Position numbers and translations under genes: made by a program. From assembly GCA_965113315.1 (NCBI GenBank), contig OZ220369.1: 64,000 nucleotides of DNA; one strand, written 5' to 3'. The number at the start of each line of letters is the position of its first letter. Positions within the stretch are counted from its first letter, which is position 1. The notes beneath the pieces are model-generated. The model saw only the letters and a list, made by a program, of their open reading frames with translations. It was not told where the DNA came from and did no database searches. This DNA is from Podarcis vaucheri. Its lineage: Eukaryota. This document shows, piece by piece, positions 51,693 through 64,000 of this stretch.

Positions 51693-51732
<40 letters not shown>
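51650..51732 (+). repeat. L2 3'-tip remnant plus (TTA)n microsatellite
   Basis: AAGCTGCCCAGAGTGGCTGG matches the L2 3' UTR at 2472-2491; followed by (TTA)n. Confidence 0.7.
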
Positions 51733-51734
<2 letters not shown>

Positions 51735-52219
51735 TTCATTCATTTAACCTTGAGAAGGTGAGGGCATCAGTAACTGCATTTCATAGCTTCAATGCCTTCA
51801 AGTCATTCCTACTCTTCCTCCTAGGTTTCTTGAACTAGTAAAATGTTTCCTTTTCAGGAATAAGGTTTCTATAAGAATGACACGTCTTAGGGGAACGCTT
51901 GCAAAGTGTGCCTTAGACACTACTAGCATTGTTGAGAGGCTGTGAACACCCAACTCCAGATGGCCAAACTTCAACTAGGGTGGCAAAGAAATGCTGCAGA
52001 GATTGAGTCTGCTGGGACAAATGAAACAAAGAGATATGGACGTGGTGGGAACAGTTGATAATTGATGGGGGATTTCTAGAGCGGGAAGCAAACAAATTTT
52101 TTTTAGTAAGCTTAGAAGTGAAGTGCATTTTTTTAAGTTCTAGAAAAAAACATGGCTTCTAGTTAAAAGAAAAGGTACAGGTTGGAAAGACATGTCTGTC
52201 CAGTGTCTTAAGCTGGGGC

Positions 52220-52278
52220 TACCCCAGAGTTGTTCACAACTGGACTTAACTGTCAGCGGTCCTTTACCTTTACCTTTT
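52220..52278 (+). mobile_element. Sauria SINE 3' tip
   Basis: ACCCCAGAGTTGTTCACAACTGGACTTAACTGTCAGCGGTCCTTTACCTTTACCTTT matches the end of 45957-46307. Confidence 0.75.
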
Positions 52279-52685
52279 TTAAGCATACTGTAAGGGGATC
52301 TAGCAGCCATCTAATAGTGAAGACAGCTGCTGAGTGCCAACAGGATTGTGCAGCCCCACTCTGCAGCCATCTCCTTTGTCTACAAAAACAGGTCAAATGT
52401 GCTCTACAGAAGCCAAGAGTGCAGGGAAGGTCTAACTCAGCTTTCATCACCCTGAGTTGCCATGGCTATGCTGGCTGGGGCTGAGGGGAGTTGTAGCTCA
52501 AAACAAATGAAAGGCACCAGGTTGGCAAAGGCTGTTCTAACTACAGCCTTCTCAAAATGAATAACATTCACTTTAGGAAACTTGTGGAGATAAGGGCTGA
52601 AACAATACAATCAATAATTTGCAATGGTTGCAATCCTAAACCACAGCTCAGTCAGAGACTTGACTTTGAGCCCCACATTGGGTAA

Positions 52686-52760
52686 GAGATTCCTGCATTG
52701 CAGGGGGTTGAACTAGATGACCCTCGTGGTCCCTTCCAGCTCTACAATTCTGTGATTCTA
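52686..52760 (+). mobile_element. CR1 3' terminus
   Basis: GATTCCTGCATTGCAGGGGGTTGAACTAGATGACCCTCGTGGTCCCTTCCAGCTCTACAATTCTGTGATTCTA. Confidence 0.8.
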
Positions 52761-53611
52761 GACAGAGTTACTAGAGGAGTAAGTCCCACTGATTTCAAAC
52801 AGGACTTCCTCCTGAATAAACATGAATGGATTGCGTCGCAATAACCTTGGGCCATGAAGAAATTTGAGGAGAGCTGCTGCAAATCTATCTTGGCATCCAG
52901 CTCCGCAGTCCCCCAGGTGTTCAAGGGCCAGAGCCAAAGGGCAAGTTCAAAGAAAACATTCTACTTACAGAGCAATAGAAAATGCCCCATCTAAGGAATT
53001 ATCAAGGCCCAACACTGAACAGGTGCTTTGCATGAACTGCAGGGGGGGGGCAGTCACAGTATTCAGAGCCAAACAGGAACAAGAAAATGTCTTCATTTCT
53101 GGGCAATAATGTGCTTTTTTTTACTATCTAATGCCTTCAAAGCATTTTGTAATGGCGCTGGATCACAGGAGTCAGGTCAAGTAATGTATGAGTAGCAGGG
53201 GTTCAGTGTTGATGTCATCAGCACTTAATTTTTTCCCCCTCCCAGTACTAAAAGCGAAGTGGAGACAGCAGCTCAGCTTCTGTGTCAGAGTTCTTCCCAC
53301 TGGCCATCTTGACAAATGGCTCCTGGCATTCCCTCAGAACACCCGATGTTTTCAAAGCAAAAGAAAAGCAGGCAGCAGCTATGGAACAAGCAGTTGGTGT
53401 TTGTCTGCATGCGTCTGCAATATGTAGCGGGTTCCAGCAAATCATTATCAAGCAGCAGACTCTCCAGTGCACCTGGCTTGCATCGCTGAACATGTCCTGA
53501 ATCTTCCAGGTGCTTCTAGATCTGTAAAGACGGTGGGTTTTTAATTATTATTAAAGGCACAGCTGTGAATTTCTAAGCCACTTTTTAGCCACAATTAAGA
53601 CCGTCTTCTTC

Positions 53612-53796
53612 AGGGGAAGGGCTGTAGCTTAGTGGTAGAGCATCTGCTTTATTTGCAGAAGGTCCCAGGTTCAATCCTCAGCATCTCCAGGCAGAGCTGG
53701 GGAAAAACCCTTGTCCAAAATCCTTGAGAGACCCTGCTAGTGAGCGTGGGCAACACTGAGCTGGATGGACAAATGGTCTGACTTCCAATGTTCCTA
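53612..53796 (+). mobile_element. tRNA(Cys/Ala-like)-headed, CR1-tailed SINE (best-preserved copy)
   Basis: TAGCTTAGTGGTAGAGCAT..TTGCAGAAGGTCCCAGGTTCAATCC head; GAGCTGGATGGACAAATGGTCTGAC tail. Further copies or fragments at ~7590, 22815, 35255, 41577, 55300 and 61285. Confidence 0.8.
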
Positions 53797-54851
53797 AGAA
53801 AAGCATGAATTCTACCTTCAACCTTGCACACAAAATGTTACACTGTGCTAACTAGCCTACCCACACATACTTCCATTAGTCATTTGTCACCTGAATTGGG
53901 GAGGGAGCCAACTTTTGCAATGCTTCTCTATCTAATTGCTCGGAGGGAAAGGTTACTTGCCACAGGGGAATGTCATTCCATTTATAGTCCATTTCACACC
54001 GTTTCCTACTGCAGCAACCAGCCTCAGTGTTCTGAATAGCGTTCAAAATGGGGGGGGGGGGATACTTGTCTTACCATAAACCATAGTCTACCTCAAAGTC
54101 AGAAACAGAAACCTAATTCAAATTTGGAATTCACTTATGGTTTGCAGTAACAGTAGTTTGCGCAATTCAGATGTCATGGCAAAGTATAGTTATCTTAAAC
54201 CAAAGAGAAATTGTAAGCATACAGGAGTGTATAGGGGAGCACACAAACCCAAGGTTTCTTCCCAATAGTCAAACCATGGTTTGCCCATGTTGCCAAGCCT
54301 GGCTCGTTCTATCCCGTTCATCCTGTAACATTGCAGCTGGCCCCCAGGACAAGAGAACGCTTGTTCTCCATTGCCTTTCTATATTAAAGACACTTAATAT
54401 GATGCTGATGGGGGGGGGCACATACATGTATTTAAACTTACTAATGACCCATATCAAGCTTCAGAACATTTCAAGTCCAATTTGGATAATTGTTAGGCAG
54501 CAAATTAGTAATCAGCCACTAACAGTTAACAACTGTGCACAAGCATAGCATTTTAAAATGTGTGGCAATAAACAGAGGAAATGGAGGTAGCTAAAGAGAG
54601 GAATCCTCAAAACATTTTTTTAAAAAAGGAAATCCATCCTATCAGGGTGGCAAAACCCATATCCTGGCCAACTAGCCAGTTTCTCTGTCACAGGAACACT
54701 GCAAGTAGCAGCATAGCAAGTCAAACTACCAGAGGTAGCCACAGTGGTGCTGAACTCCAGCTCCCATCAACCCCAGCTAGCTAAGCCAATGGTCAGTGAT
54801 GATGCAAACTATAGTCCAACAACACTGGGTACCATAAGTACTAGCACAGTA

Positions 54852-55258
54852 CAGTGGTACCTTGGTTTATGAACTTAATCTGTTCCTGAAGTCCCCCCTT
54901 TTTTTAAAAAAATATTTTTATTAAACCATTTTAACAAAACAAATTATCAATCAAAATAACCAATTACATTTTCCCCCTTCCCTCCCTCTCCCACCCCCTA
55001 AGGACTTCCCTCAGCTCCCCTCTCTGGTTTGTTTGCACATATTATTCTCTGCATGTTAAAAATTGTACGTATCATTGCTTGAAGTCCGTTCTTAAACCGA
55101 GGCATGCTTTCCCTCCTGCCGCCGGTGCCCTTCCACCGTTCGGTTTCCGTTTGTAGACTAAGGTAAAGTTCACAACCTGGAACACTACTTCCAGTTTTGC
55201 AGAGATCGTAAACCAAATTGTTCGTAAACAGGATTGTTCTTAAACCGAGGTACCACTG
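54852..55258 (+). mobile_element. Tigger-type MITE (relative of family B) interrupted by a retro-insertion
   Basis: TA TSD; TIR CAGTGGTACCTTGGTTTA / TAAACCGAGGTACCACTG. Confidence 0.85.
54895..55079 (-). mobile_element. L1-like 3' UTR fragment inserted in the MITE
   Basis: 8-bp TSD TGAAGTCC (54887-54894 / 55080-55087). Minus strand has GGGAGCTGAGGGAAGTC (cf. GGGATCTGAGGAAGTC in the L1 at ~32613), AATAAA and an A-rich end. Confidence 0.7.
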
Positions 55259-56905
55259 TATTACCAACACAGACTGGAAATGGCTTCTCCATGCTTTCAG
55301 GAAAGGGTCCTTTTCCACCCTGCCTGGAGACCCACGGACTGAACTAGAACTTTTTGAAGCAGGTGTTCTAACACCACACCCACTGAGCTACCGTCACTCC
55401 ACAAACTACAAAGTTGGTGGGTTTTGCAGGTGCCTACGATGTCTTGATACCCAACTCAAAAGTCAAGACAATCTCTCTTGCTCACACGCACACACTTTGC
55501 CATTCCATACAGCATGTGTCCTCCTTCCAAAGCATTGCAAACAATCCTTACAGCCTACATATCATGCTCTCTGCTTTTGTCACAGTTCTGTCAGAAAAGC
55601 TCAGGTTGAATGCAGTGAGCCCTCCATCTGTGATCAAAATTGTACCAGCATGTGGGTTCTGTAAAATCTTAAACCTTCATTCTGCTGCCTTCTACCCCAA
55701 AAGACTATCGCTCAGTTGTGTAACAAAATCGTCAAAAACTCACCCAAACCCTACCCTCTCACTGCATCTTCTGGGTTCTCCTGTTGCAGACTCTTGCTTA
55801 TTTTAGCACATTCTTCTAAGACCCCCACACCCTATAGGGTTGCCACAGGCAGGCAATTTAGTTGGGGGAGTGGTGAAACCGCTTTGGCAAGTCTTTGCAG
55901 CAGACTCAAATGGGTAAAGACAAATTCAGCAGGGAGTCAAGTCTGTGGGGGAGTTTCGTCCCCCTGTTTCCTTATGACAGCTCAGCCCTTCCTATATAAT
56001 CTGTGGTCTCCCTTGCTTCCCCTCACTGGTATTTTGAAGATTATAAACATTCTCATGCCACCAGAGGGCTTTGCCCATAAACAGGAGTTAGGGTTACATA
56101 TTTACAGACTGTGGCTCTGGTGAGTTTTCCAAGAGCACACCATTAAAAGCATGTTTGTTCACTTCCAGCCTCTCCCTCCTAATCGCCCCTTTAAATAGCT
56201 TCTAGTTTGGTGGGAGAAGAAGACAGGCAGGCAATGTCCTTTGCTTCCATCAGCAAACTCTCTTACCCAGATAACTGATGATCCTGCCTTTGGAGGAGAG
56301 GAGTTTCTGAAGAAAAGCAAATGCCCCTGTTTTTATTATTTCTGCAGCAATTTGACAAGAGAACAGATAGATCTCAATTTTCTGAAGCAAGTTGCTTTTT
56401 TTATTTAGAAAAACTATATAAGAAACTGATACTCCTGCTTTTGAAGAAGCTGTTAGCTAGCTAGCTAGTTATTTTAGTCATAGTCACCATTACACACACA
56501 CACAAGCAACATTCTCCTCTGGCAAGATCCACCTTCACAGTGATCTGCTCTGACTCAGGGGATATTATGTCATCACTCAGAGATCTGAGCTGAGGGGTCT
56601 GTTAGACAGATGGGCTATGTGAAATGACAGTTTGTGTAAGATCATCAGTCTGCTCCTTCCTGAAAACACAAGGTTTGCATCAGAATAGAGGGGTGGGCAG
56701 GAAGGTAAAGCAATCTTAAAAAAATTATTTTCACAAGTAAAAACAAAAATGTTGCGATTGAAATTTCCACAGGAACACTGTCCGAACAAGTGTGAAAGAG
56801 AAGCAAAGAAGAAATGTGCCAATTTTCAGAAAGTCTTCCGGGTGAAAAAGGCCCAGATTTCTCCACTTGCAATAATTTCTACAAATCCAACTCTCACTAG
56901 CATTC

Positions 56906-56920
56906 TATCTATCATCTATC

Positions 56921-56963
<43 letters not shown>
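56906..56963 (+). repeat. (ATCT)n / GATA microsatellite
   Basis: Read directly from sequence. Confidence 0.95.
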
Positions 56964-56965
<2 letters not shown>

Positions 56966-59900
56966 CCAGATACCAGCTTCATATGTTTGGCACCAGGGCA
57001 ACCAGATGCCTGAGGTTCCTTCCCCTCCCCAGCCCTGTGTTTTACAATTCCAATTAGTACAAAGAATGTGCCTTGGTTACTTCTGACACCATCATACACA
57101 GGAACAGGAGGAAACAATTGCAAAATAAAGGGAGAATACTGCTTTTCCTCCTCCCCCTCCTTCCCTATTTAAGTACATAAACAAACGAAACCACAAAATA
57201 TTAATCAGAACAAGGCTATAGACAATGCACAGCTTTGAGTCCTTAAAAAAGAAAAACCACAACCTTGTTTGGAAGAATGAGTGATCTATAAAGGGCTGGT
57301 GTTGCTACAAGGGTAATTACCAAGGGGATTGAATGCAGTCTGAAGCAAAAGAAAGTGCATCACTATTTCAAGATGTCAGACAGCTTTGTAAAAAGAGGAG
57401 AGTTAAAAGGGCTTCACCAGGGACATGCAGAGGATTCCCCCCCCCCTTCAGTGGATGAGGAGCAACCAGCGGTAGTGCCTAACCTCTGTCTTAGAAAACA
57501 CTAAGTTAACAGGGTTACAAACTAACTAAACTAGCAGTGCTGAATTTTTCAAGTGCTTAGGATCAAAACTGGCTTACGCAACTAGATGCCTCCAATGCTA
57601 GTCCTAGTCAAAGTAAGCTCACTGAAATTAAGACACGGCTAACTTATGTCCATTAATTTAACTGGGTCTACACCAAGGCAAAGTTCGTTTGATAAAACCT
57701 CTGTGTTTCTCAGCATCTCAGCACCCAAGGTTCAGCATAGCCACATGATTATCTTTAGTTTTGAAGACTAGCATCTGCAAGGAGCCATTCACAGAAAACC
57801 CTGGTTTCCGACCCTTCCTTTTCACCTTTCAGAGCAAATTCCACTCCTTCTGCTTGACTATGGCTTACTGTTATCTGCCCTAGCCCTAACCATGGCTGGT
57901 TCTCACCACAGCTCCTGTTGAGATTAACTGGGTTTGGAAATCAGGGCACCTGGTGGACTGCCTAGCATTGGTGCAGTTAAACCATGGTTAAAGCTCAACA
58001 AAGAAAAGGAGTAGAGTCAGGAGTTGCACATTCCTGAATAGGGCCCTCTACTTTACCAACCATGATTTGCAGGGCATTTATATCAAAACAGCACTTTCTG
58101 CTGCATAATTCAGTGACTTTAAAGGTCTTTTTACAAAATGGAACTAGCACTGGGGGGGGGGGTCTTGTCTCTGTCCCGCCCTTCAGCATGACTAGGACTG
58201 CTCAGTATCCTAAGAAACCCCAAACCTAAGCGACAGTCAGCAGAGCCCATAGATTTTCAAGGTTTCCATGACATAAGTAATCTAGCCCCCCCCAACGGAG
58301 AATGTTGACCTTTTACAATGAAACACATACACAAAGTTTGAAGCTTTTCCAATCATAGTTATAAGCAGCTGCCCAACTAATCCAGAGCAGAGTACATAAG
58401 GGAAAAAAAGCTGCAGGCAAAAAGGAAGTCAAAGTGCTCAATATAATGGCAGGAAGTTATTTATACATGCTTGTACTACCAAACCTCTTGATGAATTTTG
58501 CATGCTACCAGCAAAGGCATCAGGATACCACAAATCAATGTTTGTCCACCCAAGTTATTTATAGGAATCAGGCTTTCTCCTTCATATTCACATTAGCAAC
58601 GATGTGCTGGATCCTTCCAGAGAACACTAAAGGGTCTATCTTAAGAAGTAACCACAGCTAGAATTCCAGCCACTACCTCTTTTAAGGGGAGACAACTGAA
58701 GCGTTGGAGCATTTGGCTAAGATTTAATTTTGATGGCAAATATTTGACTTTGGCACGTCTAGTGCTGTGCCAAAACTTCAAATATTTGCACAGCTTAATA
58801 ATTCCCAATATATTTAGGTGGTGTTTTTTTTTAAAAAAACTGAAAACATCTCATCTCAAAAGCGGGGGGGGGGGGGCTAAAAAGCCTAAACCAAGGCTTT
58901 GTAACAGCTTTCCTCAGCTAGAAAATATGCCTTGTGTCTATCTAAACTGTCTCAATTTAAACTAGATAAAGTTATTTTGGGATGACCCACAAAAAGTGGG
59001 GGGGGGGGGCCTTCAGGACACTTGAAATAGAGGCCTTGTTCCACAATTAGCTTGGCCTCTTTAAAACTTTCTGATACTTAATGAAAGACTTTGCTTCTTA
59101 TGCCTACCAGGAATAAAACATCTATGCCCCATGGTTATCAATTCAGAGGAGATGATGGAAGATTGCAGGGTATGTAAAAACTTCATTCACACCACACAAA
59201 TAGGTATAATTGTAAAAATACAAAAATGTATGTTAAAACCCAAGAACAGCCAAAGAGCAAACTACCACATACAGAAATAACATAGAATCTAAAATACTAA
59301 AATAAAATGCCAAGTAGGAAGGTCACAAGAATCCCAACTCTCCATTGCAAGCCCCCTAAGCAAAGCCTAATTAAAAAACAAAATGTACACTTTCTACATA
59401 AAGAAAAGCCAACTCACTTGAACAAATCAGATTCAAACATTGGGGTGGGGGGTGTTATGCAGATCAAGCATAATATTATTTGCATAAAATAGCTACTGCA
59501 GAATTTGAATTTAGCGGAAAGACATTTTCTCCAACCCAAAATCCACAACAGATTACCCTTGTTTGTATGAAGTTCAGCTTTATGGAACTGGCACATCACT
59601 GTTTCCAAATGCCCTGCCCTTTAGCTTGGGGGGGGGATGTAACTTAACTGGGCTGCTAGCATTATGCCTCAGAAGCCTCCGACTGGAAAAGCTTTCTTGG
59701 GTAAGAACCGTCTTCTGCGCTGCCCCTTGCTCCTTAAATACTTTCATACACAGATTGTGCTTAACAAGATTTATGGTTGAAGACGATCTGGCGTTAATTT
59801 TAGACGTTGGGTTCATTCTCTCCAAAGAGCAGCCTATTTCGGTTAATGACAGAGCAACAGTCAGATTTCCACACACACACCCCAAAGCCCTCTCCTCCCT

Positions 59901-60654
59901 AGTACAGTAGCGCTCTTGTAATCGGGAGATTAAGGCTGATTATTCATGTGTGAAATGGAGACTTGATCCCTTCCCTCTTACTGTAGGCTGCAGAGGAGAG
60001 ACCCACATGTTCTTCGAGATTTCATAAAATGCCCTTAGAACTGCTACACACTGCATTACTCGCCACTTCCCTTTATTGCATTAACAGGAGAAGGGGGCCA
60101 TAAATAGTTGGCATTTGAAAAACACAACAAATCCTCCTTACCCAAAGCACAACCTTTGAACTTGCCTCCAGAGCTACATAATCAGTGTTTTGTCATGAGG
60201 CAATAGAAAAACATTCCTCAAAGTAGAACTGAGCATGTGCGTGAGTTTCTTCCCTTTTTCTCAGGCATTATCTTTGGCATTTGGTTCCAAAATGCTGCAA
60301 ACCAGCTAGGAGTTTTTATAAAGGAGCAATGGAAGCTGGCACTTTAAAAAAAAGTGTTATAGTAATATGTGAAAAGGAATTGATGTGTTTTATATTTTAT
60401 TCTGTTGTTCCAGGAGCAACCCCTACATTCAATTCTTAAGTGCAGTATCTCATTCAATCGGGATCGTCAACAGCCACTCGCTGACCCACCTGCTGCAAAC
60501 AGAAATAAATTAAAAAATAAAAATTGGGTTTATATGCCACCCTCTAGCAAATCTTTGAGCAATAAAATGCAATATACGACATAACAAACACAGCAAACGC
60601 TAAGACTAACGAGTCTAATGAAATTAAATGCTCTTTTGAAGCAAGTAAGACATT

Positions 60655-61120
60655 TGGGTTTTATAGTTTAGAAAAAAGGCATGTAAAGGGGGACTAAGGA
60701 GCGTATAAAATTATGCAAGGCATGGAGAACAGTAGAGAAAGAAGCATTTATTTACTTATACTGGAACTCCAAGAGGTCATCCAATGAAATTGAATGGTGA
60801 GAGGTTCAGGCCAAACAGAATGGAGTACTTAAATCAAAATACATGGTTAAACTATAGACTTTGTTTCTGCAAGATTTGGTGATCACCACCAATTCAGAGG
60901 ACTTTAAAAAGAGACAAATTCATGGTGGGGTAAGGCCAGAAAAGGGTATTAGTCAAGATATGAATATGCTTCTCCCAGGATCGGAGGTAACATGCCTATG
61001 TATATCAGCTGGGGGGGGGGCTGGGCTTGTTAGCTTCACAAAGGTATCTAGTTTCCAGTTGCCCATAGGAGGGAATAGGATGATGGATGTTGGTCCAATC
61101 TGCAGGGGTCTTCCTATGGT
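60655..61120 (+). mobile_element. Old CR1 LINE 3' region
   Basis: Degenerate CR1 ORF2 end (LGFYSLEKR..GD..YKIM.G..RGH.MKL..RFR..) followed by a CR1-type 3' UTR. Confidence 0.65.
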
Positions 61121-64000
61121 TCTGCTTGCTGCCCAAAGGTAAAGTAAAGCGGGGGGGGGGGGTGCCAAGTGAGCCTTCCTATGCAGGGAGTCCCAGACCT
61201 GGAGCACAAAAAGCTCTAAATCTAAATTTGCGAGTCTAATGTTTGACTCCCACAGATTCCCACAGATTCCCTGAGCCTGCTTTAGACCACTGATCCAACT
61301 AGCTCAGGGCTGCCTACACTCTCCACGGTTTCAGGGAGAGGGTCTTTCCCAGTCCTTCCTGGAAATACCAGGCACTGAACCTGGAACCTTTCGCACGCCA
61401 AGTATGGGTTCTAGTACTGAGCCATAGCTCTTTCTCCAGTACTTCCCTCCAATGCAGAATGAACTACAGGGCACTCTGGTTTTTCCAATATCTACGGCCT
61501 TTTTTGAAGAAATAACTATCAAATTATTACGCAGGCAAACAGAATTGCACAGCAGACACTTACAAGCATACCACAAAACCACAGCTCTGTCCAAAACACC
61601 TCAAACAACTGATGTTCAATGGGGGTCAGGACAAAAAATGTGCTGGAAACTTTTGCTCGAGTAACCTCACTCAAAATTGCCCCATAACACACCTCCTCTT
61701 CTCTTCTATACAATCCCGCTCTCATCCCATTAAGCACTAAAATAAAAGAAATACATAGAGGATCATTAAAATGGTAAGGAGGACGGTAAAGTGATAGATT
61801 AGAAGGAAAATCCTCTCAGCCTTCATAATTACAGGGTAATGTTCCAGACAAGCAAACGCAGGAACACTGAAGCCATGCATCAAAGTAAAAAACATATTTA
61901 GTATCTTCAGGACGGCAGCAATTTCTCAACGACAAAACCCTCCAAAGCAATCATGTGAGACTAGACAACATGAAGTCCCTCCCCCTTGTTAATAAGATGG
62001 ATTCCTAACACTGAAATATCATCAATGGGCTAGCAGGAGACTCTTAAAGAGATTACGGTTATTCAACCAGCTAGCATATCATATACAACCCTAGCACAAA
62101 TATCAGGGTAATGGAAAAGGGTCATGCACCATGTACATAACAAATGATTACACCTACACTATTCAAAACAATATGCATTCCTTGTTCTGAATAGATTTTA
62201 AAGTAAATCATTCTTTGAACAATTGCCCAGTGACATACTATATACTCCTCCTTCTAGGTTTTGCCAAACCGCTGGAAAAGTTGTGCAAATAATTTGAATA
62301 AAAATAAGGCGGCGGTGGAAGCCTAAATAAAGAAGGCAAGAAAATTTTGAAAAACCATTTGTACATGTTTCATCTGTTTTGCAATGACACTTACCACCAG
62401 ATTGGGTGCTAATGCCTCCCCTGGATCCTGTGGTTGTGCTGGAGGCGAGGGGCTTTCCCTTTTTGGCTTCACCCAGACCCCAAAAGTGGATCGCAGTTTG
62501 CCTGTGTTTTTGGTCAATGCCTGGCGGGCTGCGGCAGAAGCCCTTCTCCTTCGTCAACTTAATTTTCTATGTGTAATGAGAATGTTACTATGGTTGTTTT
62601 TAATAAATCATTTTATAATTTCAAGCTTCAAGGTGTCTTATTTACAACCTACTTCTTTACTATGTTATACATAAAGGAATGCAAATTTCAAATGCATCTT
62701 TCTGTTTGTTTGCTTAAAGAATGTAGATTTCCAGGGGGCGCTGTTTTTTGTTGTTGTTTTTGACAAGGTGGCAGTAGGCCAAATAAGCTTGAGAACCTCT
62801 GTATTGGATGAATGTTGGTCTAGCACCAAGGCTTTAACCGAGTGCAGTAGTTTATCCCTGAACCCTTTTAGACCCCAGATTACTTATGCAGACCTGTGTG
62901 GGCAGGAAGACTAGTAAAAGCTTGTGGGCTAGTTACTTGTAAACTTCCAGGTTAAAAGGGAGTTACCAGCAAGCTTTGAATCTCAGCCACTCCTTTTCTT
63001 GATAGAGGGGTGGAGAGAGATCAAGTAGCACTCGGATGCGGATATCATATGCACACACAAAATTCATACAAAATATACTTTTCAAGTCTTTTTCCTCATG
63101 AGCAAATGTAACCACGGTCATAGATTGCCTCCTCCAAGACACAGGGTTTCCCCCTTGCCTATGAAACCTGATGCAGAACCAATTGAGTAACAAAAAAATC
63201 ACCAGGTTTCTATTAAGCAGGCATGCAGGACCCAATTAAACCTATTCAGCACTGCCTGTTTCCCCCCACCCCCAGCAGCCTAACCTCTCCCATGAGATAA
63301 AATTTAAGATCTGCAGGCCCAGATGTAATTCACTGCAGACTGGCTAACTCCTAGCATGTGTTGACTGCTGAGCTGTTCCCCCCTTGAGCAAGAATGAATG
63401 CTGCAGCACGGAAGAAATCCTTGCTTTAATTCAGTGGAGTATAGGATATTTTCACAAAAAGCCTTTTCAATATTCAGGGATGGTGAGCTGATTGTGAAAG
63501 GACCAGATCCAGCCCCTACAGGCCCCATTTCCAAATTTTAAACTGAAATTGAGTAAACAATTTCATGTGCAAGGAAAAGAAAGAAGCTTTTATTAAAAGT
63601 GAAATTCTCCCAACAGACGCCACGTTTCCCATGCTCTTCACTTCTTACCTGGGCTTGACAAACAGACTAAGGCATTCCTTCATGCATATCAGTAACAGTG
63701 CATTACTTAGAAGGGGTTTTGAAGGACCAAATGTTCCAGTGCATTAAATGTTTTGCCAGCCAGGGATATCATTATTATTATTATTATTATTAACAATCCC
63801 CCAGAGCAGACTCCGGTCCCAACTATATTCAAAACATTCACAGCTGCACAAGCAGCAAGAACATGCCAATTGTCCTATTTATAGTGCAAGCTTTTAAAGG
63901 GTGTTCCTCTTTATACTGCTATAGCAAGCAGCATCTTGGAGAACAGTGTACATTTGGCATTTTGTGTTGTGTGTTGATGGAAAGGGCTATCTAAGCAGAA

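Larger units (their letters stand above)
32014..64000 (-). other. RERE: RERE 5'-UTR intron (continues beyond window)
   Basis: Upstream of a spliced first coding exon, with no CpG island or promoter and TE-rich content. Undetected non-coding exons cannot be excluded. Confidence 0.75.

Noticed and set aside
53165-53220. Retinoic-acid response element (AGGTCA/GGTTCA half-sites)
   Set aside because: Half-sites are present but not in canonical DR1, DR2 or DR5 spacing.
53612-53690. tRNA-like sequences (also at 6295, 45957, 17100-17188 and others)
   Set aside because: No complete cloverleaf; each continues into a shared SINE body and tail, so they are SINE heads.
32014-64000. RERE promoter or upstream non-coding exon
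   Set aside because: No CpG island or convincing splice-site pair identified by eye.

Overview
Vertebrate (squamate, most likely lacertid lizard) genomic DNA lying entirely inside the RERE (atrophin-2) gene, transcribed on the minus strand. Only two exons are recognisable. The first coding exon spans ~32013..31543, with the ATG at 31867 and 325 coding nt. The next exon is 71 nt (3734..3664) and continues the BAH domain. They splice in frame across a ~27.8 kb GT-AG intron. The rest is intron filled with squamate mobile elements: L2, CR1, L1-like and RTE-BovB 3' fragments; Sauria, Squam3-like, tRNA/CR1-tailed and one 5S-like SINE; Tc1/mariner-Tigger-type and hAT MITEs. Several are nested with clear target-site duplications. 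There are also microsatellites and TE-free blocks that look like candidate regulatory sequence. No promoter or CpG island, bona fide tRNA/rRNA gene or CRISPR array is present. I cannot support a new biological system from this sequence. The best leads are a possible non-AUG N-terminal extension of RERE, MITE-assisted back-splicing of the first coding exon, a Meis/homeodomain motif cluster, and TE fragments from horizontally transferred families. Family names for repeats come from recalled consensus features, not from a database search.
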